In this document: positions 7,801 through 16,248 of the stretch, piece after piece | Layout of the letters: the number at the start of each line of letters is the position of its first letter | Position numbering within the stretch: the stretch's first letter is position 1 | Translations under genes and position numbers: made by a program | NCBI GenBank assembly: GCA_030549845.1 | Contig: JAUQQN010000001.1 | Location: 150,001-182,000, forward strand | DNA from: Patescibacteria group bacterium | Lineage (GTDB): Bacteria; Patescibacteriota; Minisyncoccia; UBA6257; HR35 | Direction: 5' to 3' | DNA: 32,000 nucleotides | Notes under the pieces: generated by a model | Told to the model about the DNA's origin: nothing | Seen by the model: the letters and a program-made list of their open reading frames with translations, nothing else | The model's database searches: none

Positions 7801-8355
7801 GGCTTGAGAAAGGACGGTTTCGCATCTTGGGCAATAAGGAAAAACTTTATATTCTTCTTTTAAGTACCCTTGATCATAAATCTTTTTAATAATCCACCAA
7901 CAGGATTCCATGTAAAATGGATCATAAGTGATATAAGCATTTTTATGATCAATCCAAAATCCCATCATTTCATCCATTTTCTCCCATTCATTTTTATATT
8001 TCATAACAAGCTCTTTACATTTTGCATTAAATTTATCAATTCCATATGAAAATATATCTTTTTTTGTTTTAAATCCTAAAAATTTTTCAGTGGCAACTTC
8101 TATAGGAAGTCCGTGCGTATCCCATCCTGCCCTTCTTTCAGCATATTCACCAATCATTGTTCTAAATCTTAAAATAATATCTTTATAAACTCGGGTAAGA
8201 AAATGCCCGATGTGAGGTTTATCATTAGCATACGGAGGACCTTCAACAAAAACAAATCTTTTATTTTTTATATTTCTTTTTAAGCTTTCTTTAAAAATAT
8301 TATTTGATTTCCAAAAATTTATTATTTTCTTTTCCAATTCACTTAGATTTAGCAT
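4849..8355 (-). CDS. ileS: Isoleucine--tRNA ligase with an inserted histidine-phosphatase-family domain
   Basis: 1168 aa. It has the HIGH motif (PHIGH), KMSKS, the editing-domain signature WTTTPWTL, and Cys clusters (CPRC, CWRC, WKCNSC, CKCGG). Residues about 491-686 carry RHG-phosphatase motifs (see findings). Confidence 0.93.
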   Translation of the reverse strand: MLNLSELEKKIINFWKSNNIFKESLKRNIKNKRFVFVEGPPYANDKPHIGHFLTRVYKDIILRFRTMIGEYAERRAGWDTHGLPIEVATEKFLGFKTKKDIFSYGIDKFNAKCKELVMKYKNEWEKMDEMMGFWIDHKNAYITYDPFYMESCWWIIKKIYDQGYLKEEYKVFPYCPRCETVLSQAEVGQVDAYKKVLDPDIYVKFKLKNIPHFLEEFSEKQIYFLVWTTTPWTLISNIALAIHPEYEYKVFDLNEEILISLRLPQGFKGIEIKKIKGKELEGLEYEPLYPPENIENYENAFKVYLAEFVKEDEGTGIVHIAPAFGEEDFELSKKYNLPLINPINESGIFNFDEPAFISSKINNLFFKDADPYIVEDLKERNLILYANLTGYEHDYPHCWRCKTPLIYYSTKNWVIKVSKFKDKLLKINEKINWYPKEIGSGRFYEWLKEGKDWNLSRTRVWGIPLPIWKCNSCGSIEVIGSLKELAQHFKSKNKYILLRHGEAISNVKELLSSYPEVFFNPLTSNGEKQIMKVAKELAKKNIDFIVTSPLLRTKQTAEILSNILRVPIIVDLRLREIDFGVLNGKSIKEYDKLYEDQYDQYFKAPENGESLDDVRKRMISVILDLEEKYEGKTILIVSHQDPLWALCGEMQGLSKKQTAENEEFNFEPGEYKEIELLILPRDENNEINIHRPYVDKFKWKCKCGGLKERIEDLADIWFDSGCVPFASFHYPFENKKEIDEGILFPIDFIVEGIDQTRGWFYTLLVIGYLIKKMETYKNVVSLGLVLDKEGRKMSKSLGNVVDPMEAIEKYGADLLRFYFVYVSESADNKRFIEEELINLKRNYFDLLLNIFNFYRMYRKPKKLKIRNYQSKEIIDKWFDVRLKEAYKIVYESLYNFNPTKASRELVNLVQDLSHWWLRRSRRRFQRPKNENEIQIAMMKLEEYLFEIAKISAPITPFFSEFLYHEIKNEMKDRKKVEISVHLEKVLPPKDLSTKEKEILKEMKKVREITSEILMLRKNNGIKVRQPLKEVYLGEKIEEEYLELIKEEVNVKKVIIGEPKNKENYLFADSPIYVWLNKEITPELKEEGIVNDFIRYIQDLRQDLGLIPITPINVSMLLPKNLKNIISKNLLRIKKETNISNLKFGVSKKFKLEREFEYENFGKVNIWIE

Positions 8356-8836
8356 TTTTATAATTCTTTATAGCTTTCTCTATTAATTTTTCTGCTTCTT
8401 CTTTGTTTAACCAATCTTTTATCTTTACCCACTTACCTGGTTCTAATGTTTTGTAATTTTCAAAAAAGTGTTTAATTTGATTTTTATAATTTTCTGGAAT
8501 TTCACTTATATCATTATACATCCCCCAAAAAGGATCTATTTTTTCTTTTGGAACTGCTATTACTTTTTCATCTTTTCCAGCCTCGTCTTCCATTTCTAAA
8601 ACTCCTATTGGTTTTACTCTAATCAAACTACCTGGCAATATACTTTCATAAGATAATATTAAAACATCTACTGGGTCTCCATCATCTGCTAAAGTTTCTT
8701 CTATAAATCCATAATTGAAAGGATAATACATTGCTGTATATAGAAATCTATCAACTCTTATTCTATTTTTTTCTTTATCTAACTCATATTTAACATTGCT
8801 CCCCTTTGAAATTTCAATTAAAACATCTATTTCCAT
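8339..8836 (-). CDS. ppa: Inorganic pyrophosphatase, family I
   Basis: 165 aa. It has YPFNYGFIEETL and DGDPVDVLIL, the canonical family I PPase acidic motifs. It lies 2 nt downstream of nusA and overlaps the ileS start by 17 nt. Confidence 0.9.
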   Translation of the reverse strand: MEIDVLIEISKGSNVKYELDKEKNRIRVDRFLYTAMYYPFNYGFIEETLADDGDPVDVLILSYESILPGSLIRVKPIGVLEMEDEAGKDEKVIAVPKEKIDPFWGMYNDISEIPENYKNQIKHFFENYKTLEPGKWVKIKDWLNKEEAEKLIEKAIKNYKNAKSK

Positions 8837-8838
8837 TT

Positions 8839-9999
8839 TTAGTTTTCACCTGAAGATTCACTAATTACGGAATCTTCAGGGTTACTTTTTATATCTATTT
8901 CTTCTATATCTGCTATTCCTCCTTCTATTTCTTTTTCTGGTTCTTCTATTAATCTTACATCTATTCTCCATCCAGTTAATTTTGAGGCTAATTTTATGTT
9001 TTGTCCATTTTTTCCTAAAGCCACAGGTAATTGATCTTCGGTTACATAAAGCTTAATTGTTCTTTTTGGCAAAATTTCTCCACTTACAACCTTTGCTGGA
9101 GAAAGAGCATTCATCACATACTGAAGTGGATCATCAGAATATTCTATTATGTCTATTTTTTCTCCATTCAACTCATTAGAAATACTTAAAACTCTTGCGC
9201 CCTTAGGGCCTATACAGGCACCAACAGGATCAATTCCTTGAACATTTGATTTTACAGCTAACTTACTTCTTACACCAGGAATTCTTGCGACTCCTTTAAT
9301 TTCTATTATTCCTTCTATTATCTCTGGAATTTCAAAAGAAAAAAGTGCTGAAACAAAAAGAGGATTTGCTCTTGAAAGATATACTTCAACTAACCCTGGT
9401 TTTTTCTCAACGCCATAAACATAAAACCTCATTCTATTTCCAATCTTATAGAATTCGTTAGGAATTGCTTCTGTTTTAAACATTATTCCTAAGGCCTTAA
9501 CTAAATCAACATATACAGCTCTACTATCTATTTTTTGTATAGTACCAGAAACTATTTTCCCTTCTTTTTCCTTAAATTCATTGTATATATTTTCTTTTGT
9601 AATCTCTCTAACTTTTTGAATAATTATTTGCTTTGCTGTTTGGGCAGCAATTCTACTAAACGCATCTTTATATTCGAGCGGCATTCTTATTTCATCTCCT
9701 GGCTTAGAATTTGGGTTAATTTTTTGAGCTTCTGAAAGCAAGATATGTTTATATGGGTTAAATTTGACTACTTGATTTTCTACATCTTTATCATCAACTA
9801 CTGTTTTAACTAAATAAAATTCTATCCTTTTACCAGTAGGATCAATTTTTCCTTCAACTTTTTCTTCTTTGTGCCTATAATCTTTTTTATAAGCAGCAGC
9901 TAAGGCACTTGCTAAAATTTCTTTGACCTGATTTTCATCTAAATCTCTTTCTTCAACTATTTGATCTATTAAGCTTTCTAATTGTTTAATATTTATCAT
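8839..9999 (-). CDS. nusA: Transcription termination/antitermination factor NusA
   Basis: 386 aa. The N-terminal domain (LASALAAAYKK), an S1-like region (GKIVSGTIQKID...VYVDL) and two KH regions (GACIGPKGARV, ALGKNGQNIKLASKLTGWRIDV) are present. Confidence 0.9.
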   Translation of the reverse strand: MINIKQLESLIDQIVEERDLDENQVKEILASALAAAYKKDYRHKEEKVEGKIDPTGKRIEFYLVKTVVDDKDVENQVVKFNPYKHILLSEAQKINPNSKPGDEIRMPLEYKDAFSRIAAQTAKQIIIQKVREITKENIYNEFKEKEGKIVSGTIQKIDSRAVYVDLVKALGIMFKTEAIPNEFYKIGNRMRFYVYGVEKKPGLVEVYLSRANPLFVSALFSFEIPEIIEGIIEIKGVARIPGVRSKLAVKSNVQGIDPVGACIGPKGARVLSISNELNGEKIDIIEYSDDPLQYVMNALSPAKVVSGEILPKRTIKLYVTEDQLPVALGKNGQNIKLASKLTGWRIDVRLIEEPEKEIEGGIADIEEIDIKSNPEDSVISESSGEN

Positions 10000-10039
10000 T
10001 TTTTAAACAACAGGTTATATAATTTTAATATTATAAATC

Positions 10040-11248
10040 ATGAATAAAAAAGCGCAAATAGAAGACATCCTCTTATTTTTTGCTTTGGTAATAATAATAT
10101 TTTCTGCTTTTATATATTATTTTTATTTTAAAACAGGAAAGGTACCAGTCTTAAAACCAAGAAAAGAAATAAAGCCCGCTGAAAAAAGCGTAATTCCTCC
10201 TGGTATTTTTTTCCCTAAAAAAGAGAAGGTTCCCTTTTTAAATATTAAGAAAGTTTCCGAAGCAAGTGTTTTTAAAATCAATTTAGGAACCACTACAAAA
10301 CCAAATAAAAATCTAGAAACTTCAATAAAACATAAATATAAAAACTTAAATAATTTAGAAACTAATGAAGTTGAGTTTGAATTAGAGGGTAAAAATTTAA
10401 AAAATCCTAATGAAAAAATCCATTTTGCTTATTTATTAATACCTATTGAAAATAACTGGAAGGTTCTAAAATCCAATAAATTAAAAATAATCCTTCCTAA
10501 AAAACCACAAATTTACATTCTTTTAGTGAGTTCTTTAAATGAAAAAAATGAATATGACCCCAGTCCTTATGCTCTTATTTTTTCTGTGAATGTTTCTAAA
10601 TATTTTAATGATATTAAAATTACGTCTCTTCAAAATAGAAACATTATAAGAATCAAAAATTTTTCGCAAAATACTATTAACATAACAAATTGGAAAATAG
10701 TGTCTTCATTAGGAAATTTTGTGATACCACAAGGAGTTGAATTTGTTGAACCTTCTGGTAATTATATAAAAAAAGATATCATATTAAATCCTGGCGAGGA
10801 AGCAAAAATTATAGCATCATCTTCTCCATTAGGTTTTAGTTTTAAAATTAACAAGTGCTTTGCTTATTTTTTAAAATCAAAGCCGTCAATTAAAAAATTT
10901 CTAGATAACATCCCAAATATTTGCGACAAATTCTCAAAAGAAGAGCTTTTAGAATTAAGAAAAGGAAAGTATAGCTTAAATTGCATTTTAGTTCTGGAAA
11001 AAGCTGGATGCACTGGTATACAAGAAAAAGATTATACTCTAATAAAAAATGATATATCCTGTTTGAATTTAATAAATGCCAGATTTAATTACCAAAGTTG
11101 CTATGAAAAAAATAAAAATAATATTGATTTCATTCAAAAAAATTGGCATATATTTATCCCCACAAATTTCTTTTACTATCCAAGGTATGAAGAAATTAGG
11201 TTATTGGATGAGAATGGTCTTTTAGTTAATAAATATATTATTTATTGA
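10040..11248 (+). CDS. Membrane-anchored protein with a lamin-tail-domain (LTD)-like segment and a Cys-rich C-terminus
   Basis: 402 aa with an N-terminal TM (LLFFALVIIIFSAFIYYFYF). Residues about 188-272 (IRIKNFSQNTINITNWKIVSSLGNFVIPQG...LNPGEEAKIIASS) fit the LTD pattern. Seven Cys lie in the last 130 aa. Confidence 0.5.
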   Translation: MNKKAQIEDILLFFALVIIIFSAFIYYFYFKTGKVPVLKPRKEIKPAEKSVIPPGIFFPKKEKVPFLNIKKVSEASVFKINLGTTTKPNKNLETSIKHKYKNLNNLETNEVEFELEGKNLKNPNEKIHFAYLLIPIENNWKVLKSNKLKIILPKKPQIYILLVSSLNEKNEYDPSPYALIFSVNVSKYFNDIKITSLQNRNIIRIKNFSQNTINITNWKIVSSLGNFVIPQGVEFVEPSGNYIKKDIILNPGEEAKIIASSSPLGFSFKINKCFAYFLKSKPSIKKFLDNIPNICDKFSKEELLELRKGKYSLNCILVLEKAGCTGIQEKDYTLIKNDISCLNLINARFNYQSCYEKNKNNIDFIQKNWHIFIPTNFFYYPRYEEIRLLDENGLLVNKYIIY

Positions 11249-11507
11249 GAAAAACTTTATTGAATTTTTCAGTGAGCTTAGATTTTAATCTGTTTGCTTT
11301 ATTTTTATGCATAAAAGTTTTAGCTGCTTTATCAATATATTTATAAGCTAAGCTTAAATATTTTTTTGCTTTTTCTTTGTCTTTTTCGGCTAGGGCTTTT
11401 AAAAACTCCTTAATTACGCTTTTTATTTGTCTCTTTCTTTTTAAATTCCTCAATCTTCTCTTTAAATTCTTTCTTAATTCCTTTTTTGCTGATTTTGTTT
11501 TTGGCAT
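11238..11507 (-). CDS. rpsT: 30S ribosomal protein S20
   Basis: 89 aa and very basic. MPKTKSAKKELRKNLKRRLRN is the typical bS20 start. Confidence 0.88.
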   Translation of the reverse strand: MPKTKSAKKELRKNLKRRLRNLKRKRQIKSVIKEFLKALAEKDKEKAKKYLSLAYKYIDKAAKTFMHKNKANRLKSKLTEKFNKVFLNK

Positions 11508-11608
11508 CGTTAATAAATTATATTTAATTTTTCAAAATTTTCAAATACCTTATTGCAATAGGATTTTTTAGTAATTCATAAAAACCCAAATATTCTTTTT
11601 AACTTCAT

Positions 11609-11642
11609 AAAACAAATAGTTCCGTACGGAATTATTTGTTTT
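11609..11642. terminator. Palindromic A-arm/T-arm element, copy 2; 3' of tsaD and overlapping its stop codon
   Basis: aaaacaaatagttccgtacggaattatttgtttt forms a 15-bp stem (one G.T) around a gtac loop. It is a near-identical inverted copy of 4780-4810. Confidence 0.55.
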
Positions 11643-12678
11643 ATATTGTAGTTATTGGATTTATGTCGAGTTTTTCAGGTTCAAGGGCTTTTTCTATGAA
11701 AAAATAGCTAGCAAAGGCTATGTTAATTCCATTATCTGTAGAAAGTTCTTTTAATGGGAAGTAAATTTTCTTATTTTTGAAGAATTTTAAAAACATTTTT
11801 CTTAAAGTTAAATTAGATATTACTCCTCCTGTAACTATTATGCTTTTAACGCTATATCTATCTAATGCTTTTTTTACTTTAATTATTAAAGTCTCAAAGG
11901 CTGCTTTTTGATAAGAATTAGCTAAATCAGCTTTTGCTTCTTCTAATTTGTTTAATCTTCTAACTTCTTCTACTAATTCCCAAAATGCTGTTTTTAATCC
12001 GGCAAAACTAAAATTAAAATTTGCTTGATTAACCATAGGTCTTGGTAAGTTAAAAAGTGGTTTCCCTTTTTTTGCTAATTTTTCTAATTTAGGCCCGCCA
12101 GGATATTCTAAACCTAAAATTCTTGCAGCTTTATCCAAACTTTCTCCAATTGCATCATCTAATGTTTCACCTAATTTTTTAAATTTTTCAAAGCTTTCAA
12201 AATGCACTAAAATTGTATGCCCTCCAGAAATTAATAAACCAATTGCAGGAAATTCTATTTTTCTAACTTTTTGCCATATGTTTAACTTATTTTTAGAGAT
12301 TAAAATAGAATAAAAATGAGCTAATAAATGATTTACAGGAATTATTTTTTTATCATATCTCTTTGCTAATCTTACAACAAATTCTTTACCTTCAACTAAG
12401 GCAGGAGGTAAGCCTGGCCCATATGAAAAAGCAAAATAATCAACATCTTTCAGGTTAATTTTTGTTTCTTTTATCAAATTATCTAAAAGAATTGGTAAAT
12501 TTTTCTTATGTTCTCTTGCAGCTAAAATAGGAACAATTCCACCATACTTTGAATGAACTTCTACTTGGGTTCTTAACTTATGAGCTAAAATTTTAAATTC
12601 AAGTTTTTTATTTTCTTTAAATTCTATTAAGGAAATACCTGTTTCATCACAAGTTGTTTCAAATCCTAAAATTTTCAT
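11641..12678 (-). CDS. tsaD: tRNA N6-adenosine threonylcarbamoyltransferase TsaD (Kae1/Qri7 family)
   Basis: 345 aa. It has ILGFETTCDETG, the metal-binding VNHLLAH, and LLISGGHT. Confidence 0.9.
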   Translation of the reverse strand: MKILGFETTCDETGISLIEFKENKKLEFKILAHKLRTQVEVHSKYGGIVPILAAREHKKNLPILLDNLIKETKINLKDVDYFAFSYGPGLPPALVEGKEFVVRLAKRYDKKIIPVNHLLAHFYSILISKNKLNIWQKVRKIEFPAIGLLISGGHTILVHFESFEKFKKLGETLDDAIGESLDKAARILGLEYPGGPKLEKLAKKGKPLFNLPRPMVNQANFNFSFAGLKTAFWELVEEVRRLNKLEEAKADLANSYQKAAFETLIIKVKKALDRYSVKSIIVTGGVISNLTLRKMFLKFFKNKKIYFPLKELSTDNGINIAFASYFFIEKALEPEKLDINPITTI

Positions 12679-12693
12679 ACAATCTATTATACA

Positions 12694-13584
12694 CTATTCA
12701 CGAATCTGTCCAGGTTCACATCGAAGACCTTGGCCAGAGCATACAGAAGTACTAGTATTCACCCATCTGTTTCGAGTTTCATCATAATATTGGCAAAAAC
12801 CGAGAAAGCATCTAAGTCTAAGAGGAGGACTTACCGTGATAGTAGAAGTATTTGAAACTTGTTGAGTATTTGATTTTAAATATAATGAATAAGTGCCTGT
12901 AGGAACTCCATTTAAACTTAAAGTTCTTGTTACAAAAATATTATTAATATTATTGATAAAGTCATCAGATCGAATTGAAGGAAAGAGTGTAAAACCAGTT
13001 GAGTATGGAGAAATGCTAGGATCCGCCGGAACTGGTAAATTTGAAGGACAATAAGCCTTATTGCTATAAATTGTATAAGTTATAGTAGAAGTAGATTGTG
13101 TAGTAGTTGATTCAGGTTCAAGTTTATAATACCAGCCTCTATTACTTGCTGGTACTACAAAAAAGCTTGCTGAAGCAGATTGACTGTCTTTTTTATAAGT
13201 AATAGTTACTGTTGAATATTGTGATCCTGGATTTGTAAATACTCCTTCTATTATGCAATCCGTACTAGAGACATATCCTCCTATTTGATCACATTTTCCA
13301 GAAGTTGAATATTGATTTATAGTTAAACTTAGATTTCCACCGCTCCCACCCACTAATTTTATCCTAAAAAGAGTTCCGCTTGCTACAGTAGATTTAATAT
13401 TTGTTTTATAAATATCATCTGAGATTGCATTTTCTATTTCAATCCCTTGATCATTAGGAGAAGAAAGTGCATAAATTTCTATACCAATGCCATTTGCAGC
13501 TTTAGCAAAATAAAAATTTCTATAAATTAAGAAAGTAGTTATCAAAAGTAAAATTCCTAAAATGATATAAATTTTACTTTTCAT
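12694..13584 (-). CDS. Secreted or membrane-anchored Ser/Thr-rich protein with a Cys-rich C-terminus, function unknown
   Basis: 296 aa with an N-terminal hydrophobic anchor or signal (IYIILGILLLITTFLIY). It is S/T/G/P-rich and K/E-poor, unlike its neighbours. The last 45 aa contain 5 Cys (RCFLGFCQYY...VCSGQGLRC). Confidence 0.6.
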   Translation of the reverse strand: MKSKIYIILGILLLITTFLIYRNFYFAKAANGIGIEIYALSSPNDQGIEIENAISDDIYKTNIKSTVASGTLFRIKLVGGSGGNLSLTINQYSTSGKCDQIGGYVSSTDCIIEGVFTNPGSQYSTVTITYKKDSQSASASFFVVPASNRGWYYKLEPESTTTQSTSTITYTIYSNKAYCPSNLPVPADPSISPYSTGFTLFPSIRSDDFINNINNIFVTRTLSLNGVPTGTYSLYLKSNTQQVSNTSTITVSPPLRLRCFLGFCQYYDETRNRWVNTSTSVCSGQGLRCEPGQIRE

Positions 13585-13625
13585 CTTTTCAATTATAATT
13601 TAAAATTTTTAATGGTCAAATAAGG

Positions 13626-13638
13626 TTGTGGATAACTT
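13626..13638 (+). promoter_or_regulatory. Conserved 13-mer TTGTGGATAACTT containing the complement of a perfect DnaA box
   Basis: TGTGGATAA (13627-13635) is the reverse complement of TTATCCACA. The site lies 23 nt upstream of the MurF-like ATG. The identical 13-mer recurs at 19573-19585. Confidence 0.4.
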
Positions 13639-13660
13639 TTGTTAAAATTTTAAATAATAA

Positions 13661-14857
13661 ATGTTTAATTTTTTAGCAAAATTAATTTACCTAAAATATA
13701 GACCAAAAATATTAGTAGTTTCAGGGACAGCAGGAAAAAGTTTAACAATTCATATTATTAAGCACTTTTTAGAAAAGAAAACAAAAGTTTATTCTACAAA
13801 TTATCATAAGGATCATAAGAAATCTATTTTTTTAACCTTTATTCTAGAATCACAGTATAAACCTTTTTCTAATTTTTTAAAAGCTTTGAAGATTTTACTT
13901 ACAAAAATAAGTTATCCTGAAATTTTAATAATAGAATTTGGTTTTGAAGAACCAAAAGTTATTGATTATTGGTTAAAATTCCTTAAGCTAGATTATTTAA
14001 TTATTACTTCTATAGGCAGAATGCCAGCTTTTTCGGAAGTTTTTGCTGGGCCTGAAAATATCAAAAAAAGAAAAAAAAGATTAATAGAAAACTTAAGTGT
14101 TAATGGCTATGCTTTTATTAATAACGACGACATAAGTTGCCTTGAGTTATTAGAGAAATCCAAATATAATGTGATATATTTTGGATTGAGCGAAGATTCT
14201 GATTTTAGAGCAGAAAATATAGAGTTAATATGTAACTTAGAATCTACTCCTTCAATTTGTGGCACTTCATTTGAAATAAACAGTAAATATGGGAAAAGGA
14301 AAATATTTTTAAGGAATCTTTTTGGGAAAGGGATCATTTATGCATCGCTTGCTTCTTGCGCAATTTTGGTTCATTTAGGATTTAATTTTGAAGAAATTTG
14401 TAATTATTTAGAAAAATTTAGTGGTTTAAAGCATAGATTAAATTTAATAAAATCTAGTAAAGGGTATTATATTTTAGATGATTCTTTACATCTTTCTGAG
14501 GCTTCCTTTTGGCAAGTGATTGATATTTTTAAAAAAATTCCTGCAAAAAGAAAAATAATTTTGTTGGGGGATTGCCTTGATTCTGGAAAATATGCTTTAG
14601 ATTTTCACTTTGAGGCTGGAGAAATTTTATCGAATATATGCGACTTTATAATAACTTTTGGCATTCGATCTAAGTTTACAATAGATTCAGCAGTTGCTTA
14701 TGGATTTGAAAAAGAAAATACTAAGCATTTTTATAATAACCAATATCATGAACTTTTGCATTTTTTAGATGAGTTATTAAGGCCCGATGATTTAATTTTA
14801 ATAACTGGAGATAAAAGATTAAATTTGCACAAAATTGTAGATTTTATTTCTTCATAA
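13661..14857 (+). CDS. Mur ligase family protein, MurF-like, lacking the usual N-terminal domain
   Basis: 398 aa. A P-loop-like SGTAGKS lies near the N-terminus. A central region with LKHRLNLI and LDDSLHLSEAS sits in the position of the MurF DDSYNANP motif. The protein is divergent. Confidence 0.6.
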   Translation: MFNFLAKLIYLKYRPKILVVSGTAGKSLTIHIIKHFLEKKTKVYSTNYHKDHKKSIFLTFILESQYKPFSNFLKALKILLTKISYPEILIIEFGFEEPKVIDYWLKFLKLDYLIITSIGRMPAFSEVFAGPENIKKRKKRLIENLSVNGYAFINNDDISCLELLEKSKYNVIYFGLSEDSDFRAENIELICNLESTPSICGTSFEINSKYGKRKIFLRNLFGKGIIYASLASCAILVHLGFNFEEICNYLEKFSGLKHRLNLIKSSKGYYILDDSLHLSEASFWQVIDIFKKIPAKRKIILLGDCLDSGKYALDFHFEAGEILSNICDFIITFGIRSKFTIDSAVAYGFEKENTKHFYNNQYHELLHFLDELLRPDDLILITGDKRLNLHKIVDFISS

Positions 14858-16004
14858 AAAATTCTTTAAGAACTTTTACCACATAATCTAAGTCTTCTTT
14901 TTTTGTCTCTCTCCCAAAAGAAAATCTAATACTCTTTTTGGATCTCTCTGAATTTGAGTAAATTTCTTCAATAATATAGCTTGGTTGGTTTGCTCTCGCT
15001 TTACAAGCCATTCCAGCAGATACCATTATATTTTTCTCATCTAAGTAAATTAACAATTCTTGAGCAGTTTTTTGTGGGAAATACAGATTTAATATTTTAG
15101 GTGAAGAAAATTTAAGATCCCCATTTATTTCAAAATTAATTTTTTCTTCTTTTAATCTTTTAATAAAATAGTCTCTTAATTCTTCAAAGTACTTTTTTGT
15201 TTTTACTCTTTCATTTAATGCAATTTCTAAAGCTTTTGCAAAGCCAACTATTAAAGGAACATTTTCTGTAGAAGGCCTTAAACCAAATTCTTGTTCTGAA
15301 CCAGAAATTAATCTTTCTAAGATTGTATTTTCTTTTTTGTATAAACAAGCAATTCCTTTAGGTCCATATATTTTATGAGAAGACAATGTCATCATATCTA
15401 CTCCAAGTTTTTTGACACTAATATCTTCTGTTAGGGGGGCTTGCGCTGCATCTGTATGGAAAATTATCTTTATATCTCTGTCTTTATTTATTTCATGAAT
15501 GATATCACTTATTTCTTTAATTTTTTGAATTGTACCGATTTCACTATTTACATAATGAATAGTCACTAAAATAGTATTTTCTTTTATGAATTTTTTAATT
15601 AAATTAGGATCTACTAATCCAGTTTTTTCAGGTTTCACTAAATCATAATCTATTAAATTTAATTTTTTTAAATCACGTAAAACTTCCAAAATAGAGGGGT
15701 GTTCAATTGTTGAAGAAATTATATGTGGTTTTATTTTTAACCTAAAATAAAAGTAAAATACTAACCCTTTAATTGCTAAATTATTGCTTTCTGTTGCTGA
15801 AGAAGTAAAAATTATTTCTCTAAAATAATCAGCACTAATTAGTTCTTTAATTTTCATCCTTGATTCATCAATAGCTTTTAAAGCATTTTGTCCTAATTTA
15901 TGCAAACTTGAAGGATTACCAAATTCTTTATCAAAATATTTTTTCATCACTTCTAAAACTCTCTTATCTACAGGGGTGGTAGCAGAATAATCTAAGTAAA
16001 TCAT
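14844..16004 (-). CDS. Cysteine desulfurase, NifS/IscS type (class V aminotransferase)
   Basis: 386 aa. It has IYLDYSATTP, the PLP-lysine motif SSHKIYGPKG, and the catalytic-loop Cys in SAGMACKA. Confidence 0.88.
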   Translation of the reverse strand: MIYLDYSATTPVDKRVLEVMKKYFDKEFGNPSSLHKLGQNALKAIDESRMKIKELISADYFREIIFTSSATESNNLAIKGLVFYFYFRLKIKPHIISSTIEHPSILEVLRDLKKLNLIDYDLVKPEKTGLVDPNLIKKFIKENTILVTIHYVNSEIGTIQKIKEISDIIHEINKDRDIKIIFHTDAAQAPLTEDISVKKLGVDMMTLSSHKIYGPKGIACLYKKENTILERLISGSEQEFGLRPSTENVPLIVGFAKALEIALNERVKTKKYFEELRDYFIKRLKEEKINFEINGDLKFSSPKILNLYFPQKTAQELLIYLDEKNIMVSAGMACKARANQPSYIIEEIYSNSERSKKSIRFSFGRETKKEDLDYVVKVLKEFFMKK

Positions 16005-16247
16005 TTATGGAAACTTAGGAACTTCTTTTACCTCTAAAAATGAAAGTATGATAACAGGAATAGTATAAGAAGTTATGAGGATAATTAGGCCTAATAAAAT
16101 CCAAGGTAAAAATTTCTTTGCCTCATCTAGCTTTTTGTGATATATTGCTAAAACCCCTAAATAAATAAAAGAAGCAGATGAACCTAAAATTATCAAAACT
16201 TGCATTATTTTTATGATCCTTAAAAGAATTATTCTTATCTCATCCAT
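16005..16247 (-). CDS. Small two-TM protein, VirB2/TrbC-type pilin-like
   Basis: The track ORF 16005-16268 starts at a TTG. The ATG at 16247 sits 1 nt after the stop of the upstream gene. Two hydrophobic helices are separated by a charged loop (HKKLDEAKKF). Confidence 0.5.
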   Translation of the reverse strand: MDEIRIILLRIIKIMQVLIILGSSASFIYLGVLAIYHKKLDEAKKFLPWILLGLIILITSYTIPVIILSFLEVKEVPKFP

Positions 16248-16248
16248 A

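Noticed and set aside
11548-11562. Near-palindrome ccttattgcaatagg upstream of rpsT as an operator
   Set aside because: Only the 8-bp core attgcaat is truly palindromic. There is a single copy, and such a sequence is easily produced by chance in AT-rich intergenic DNA.
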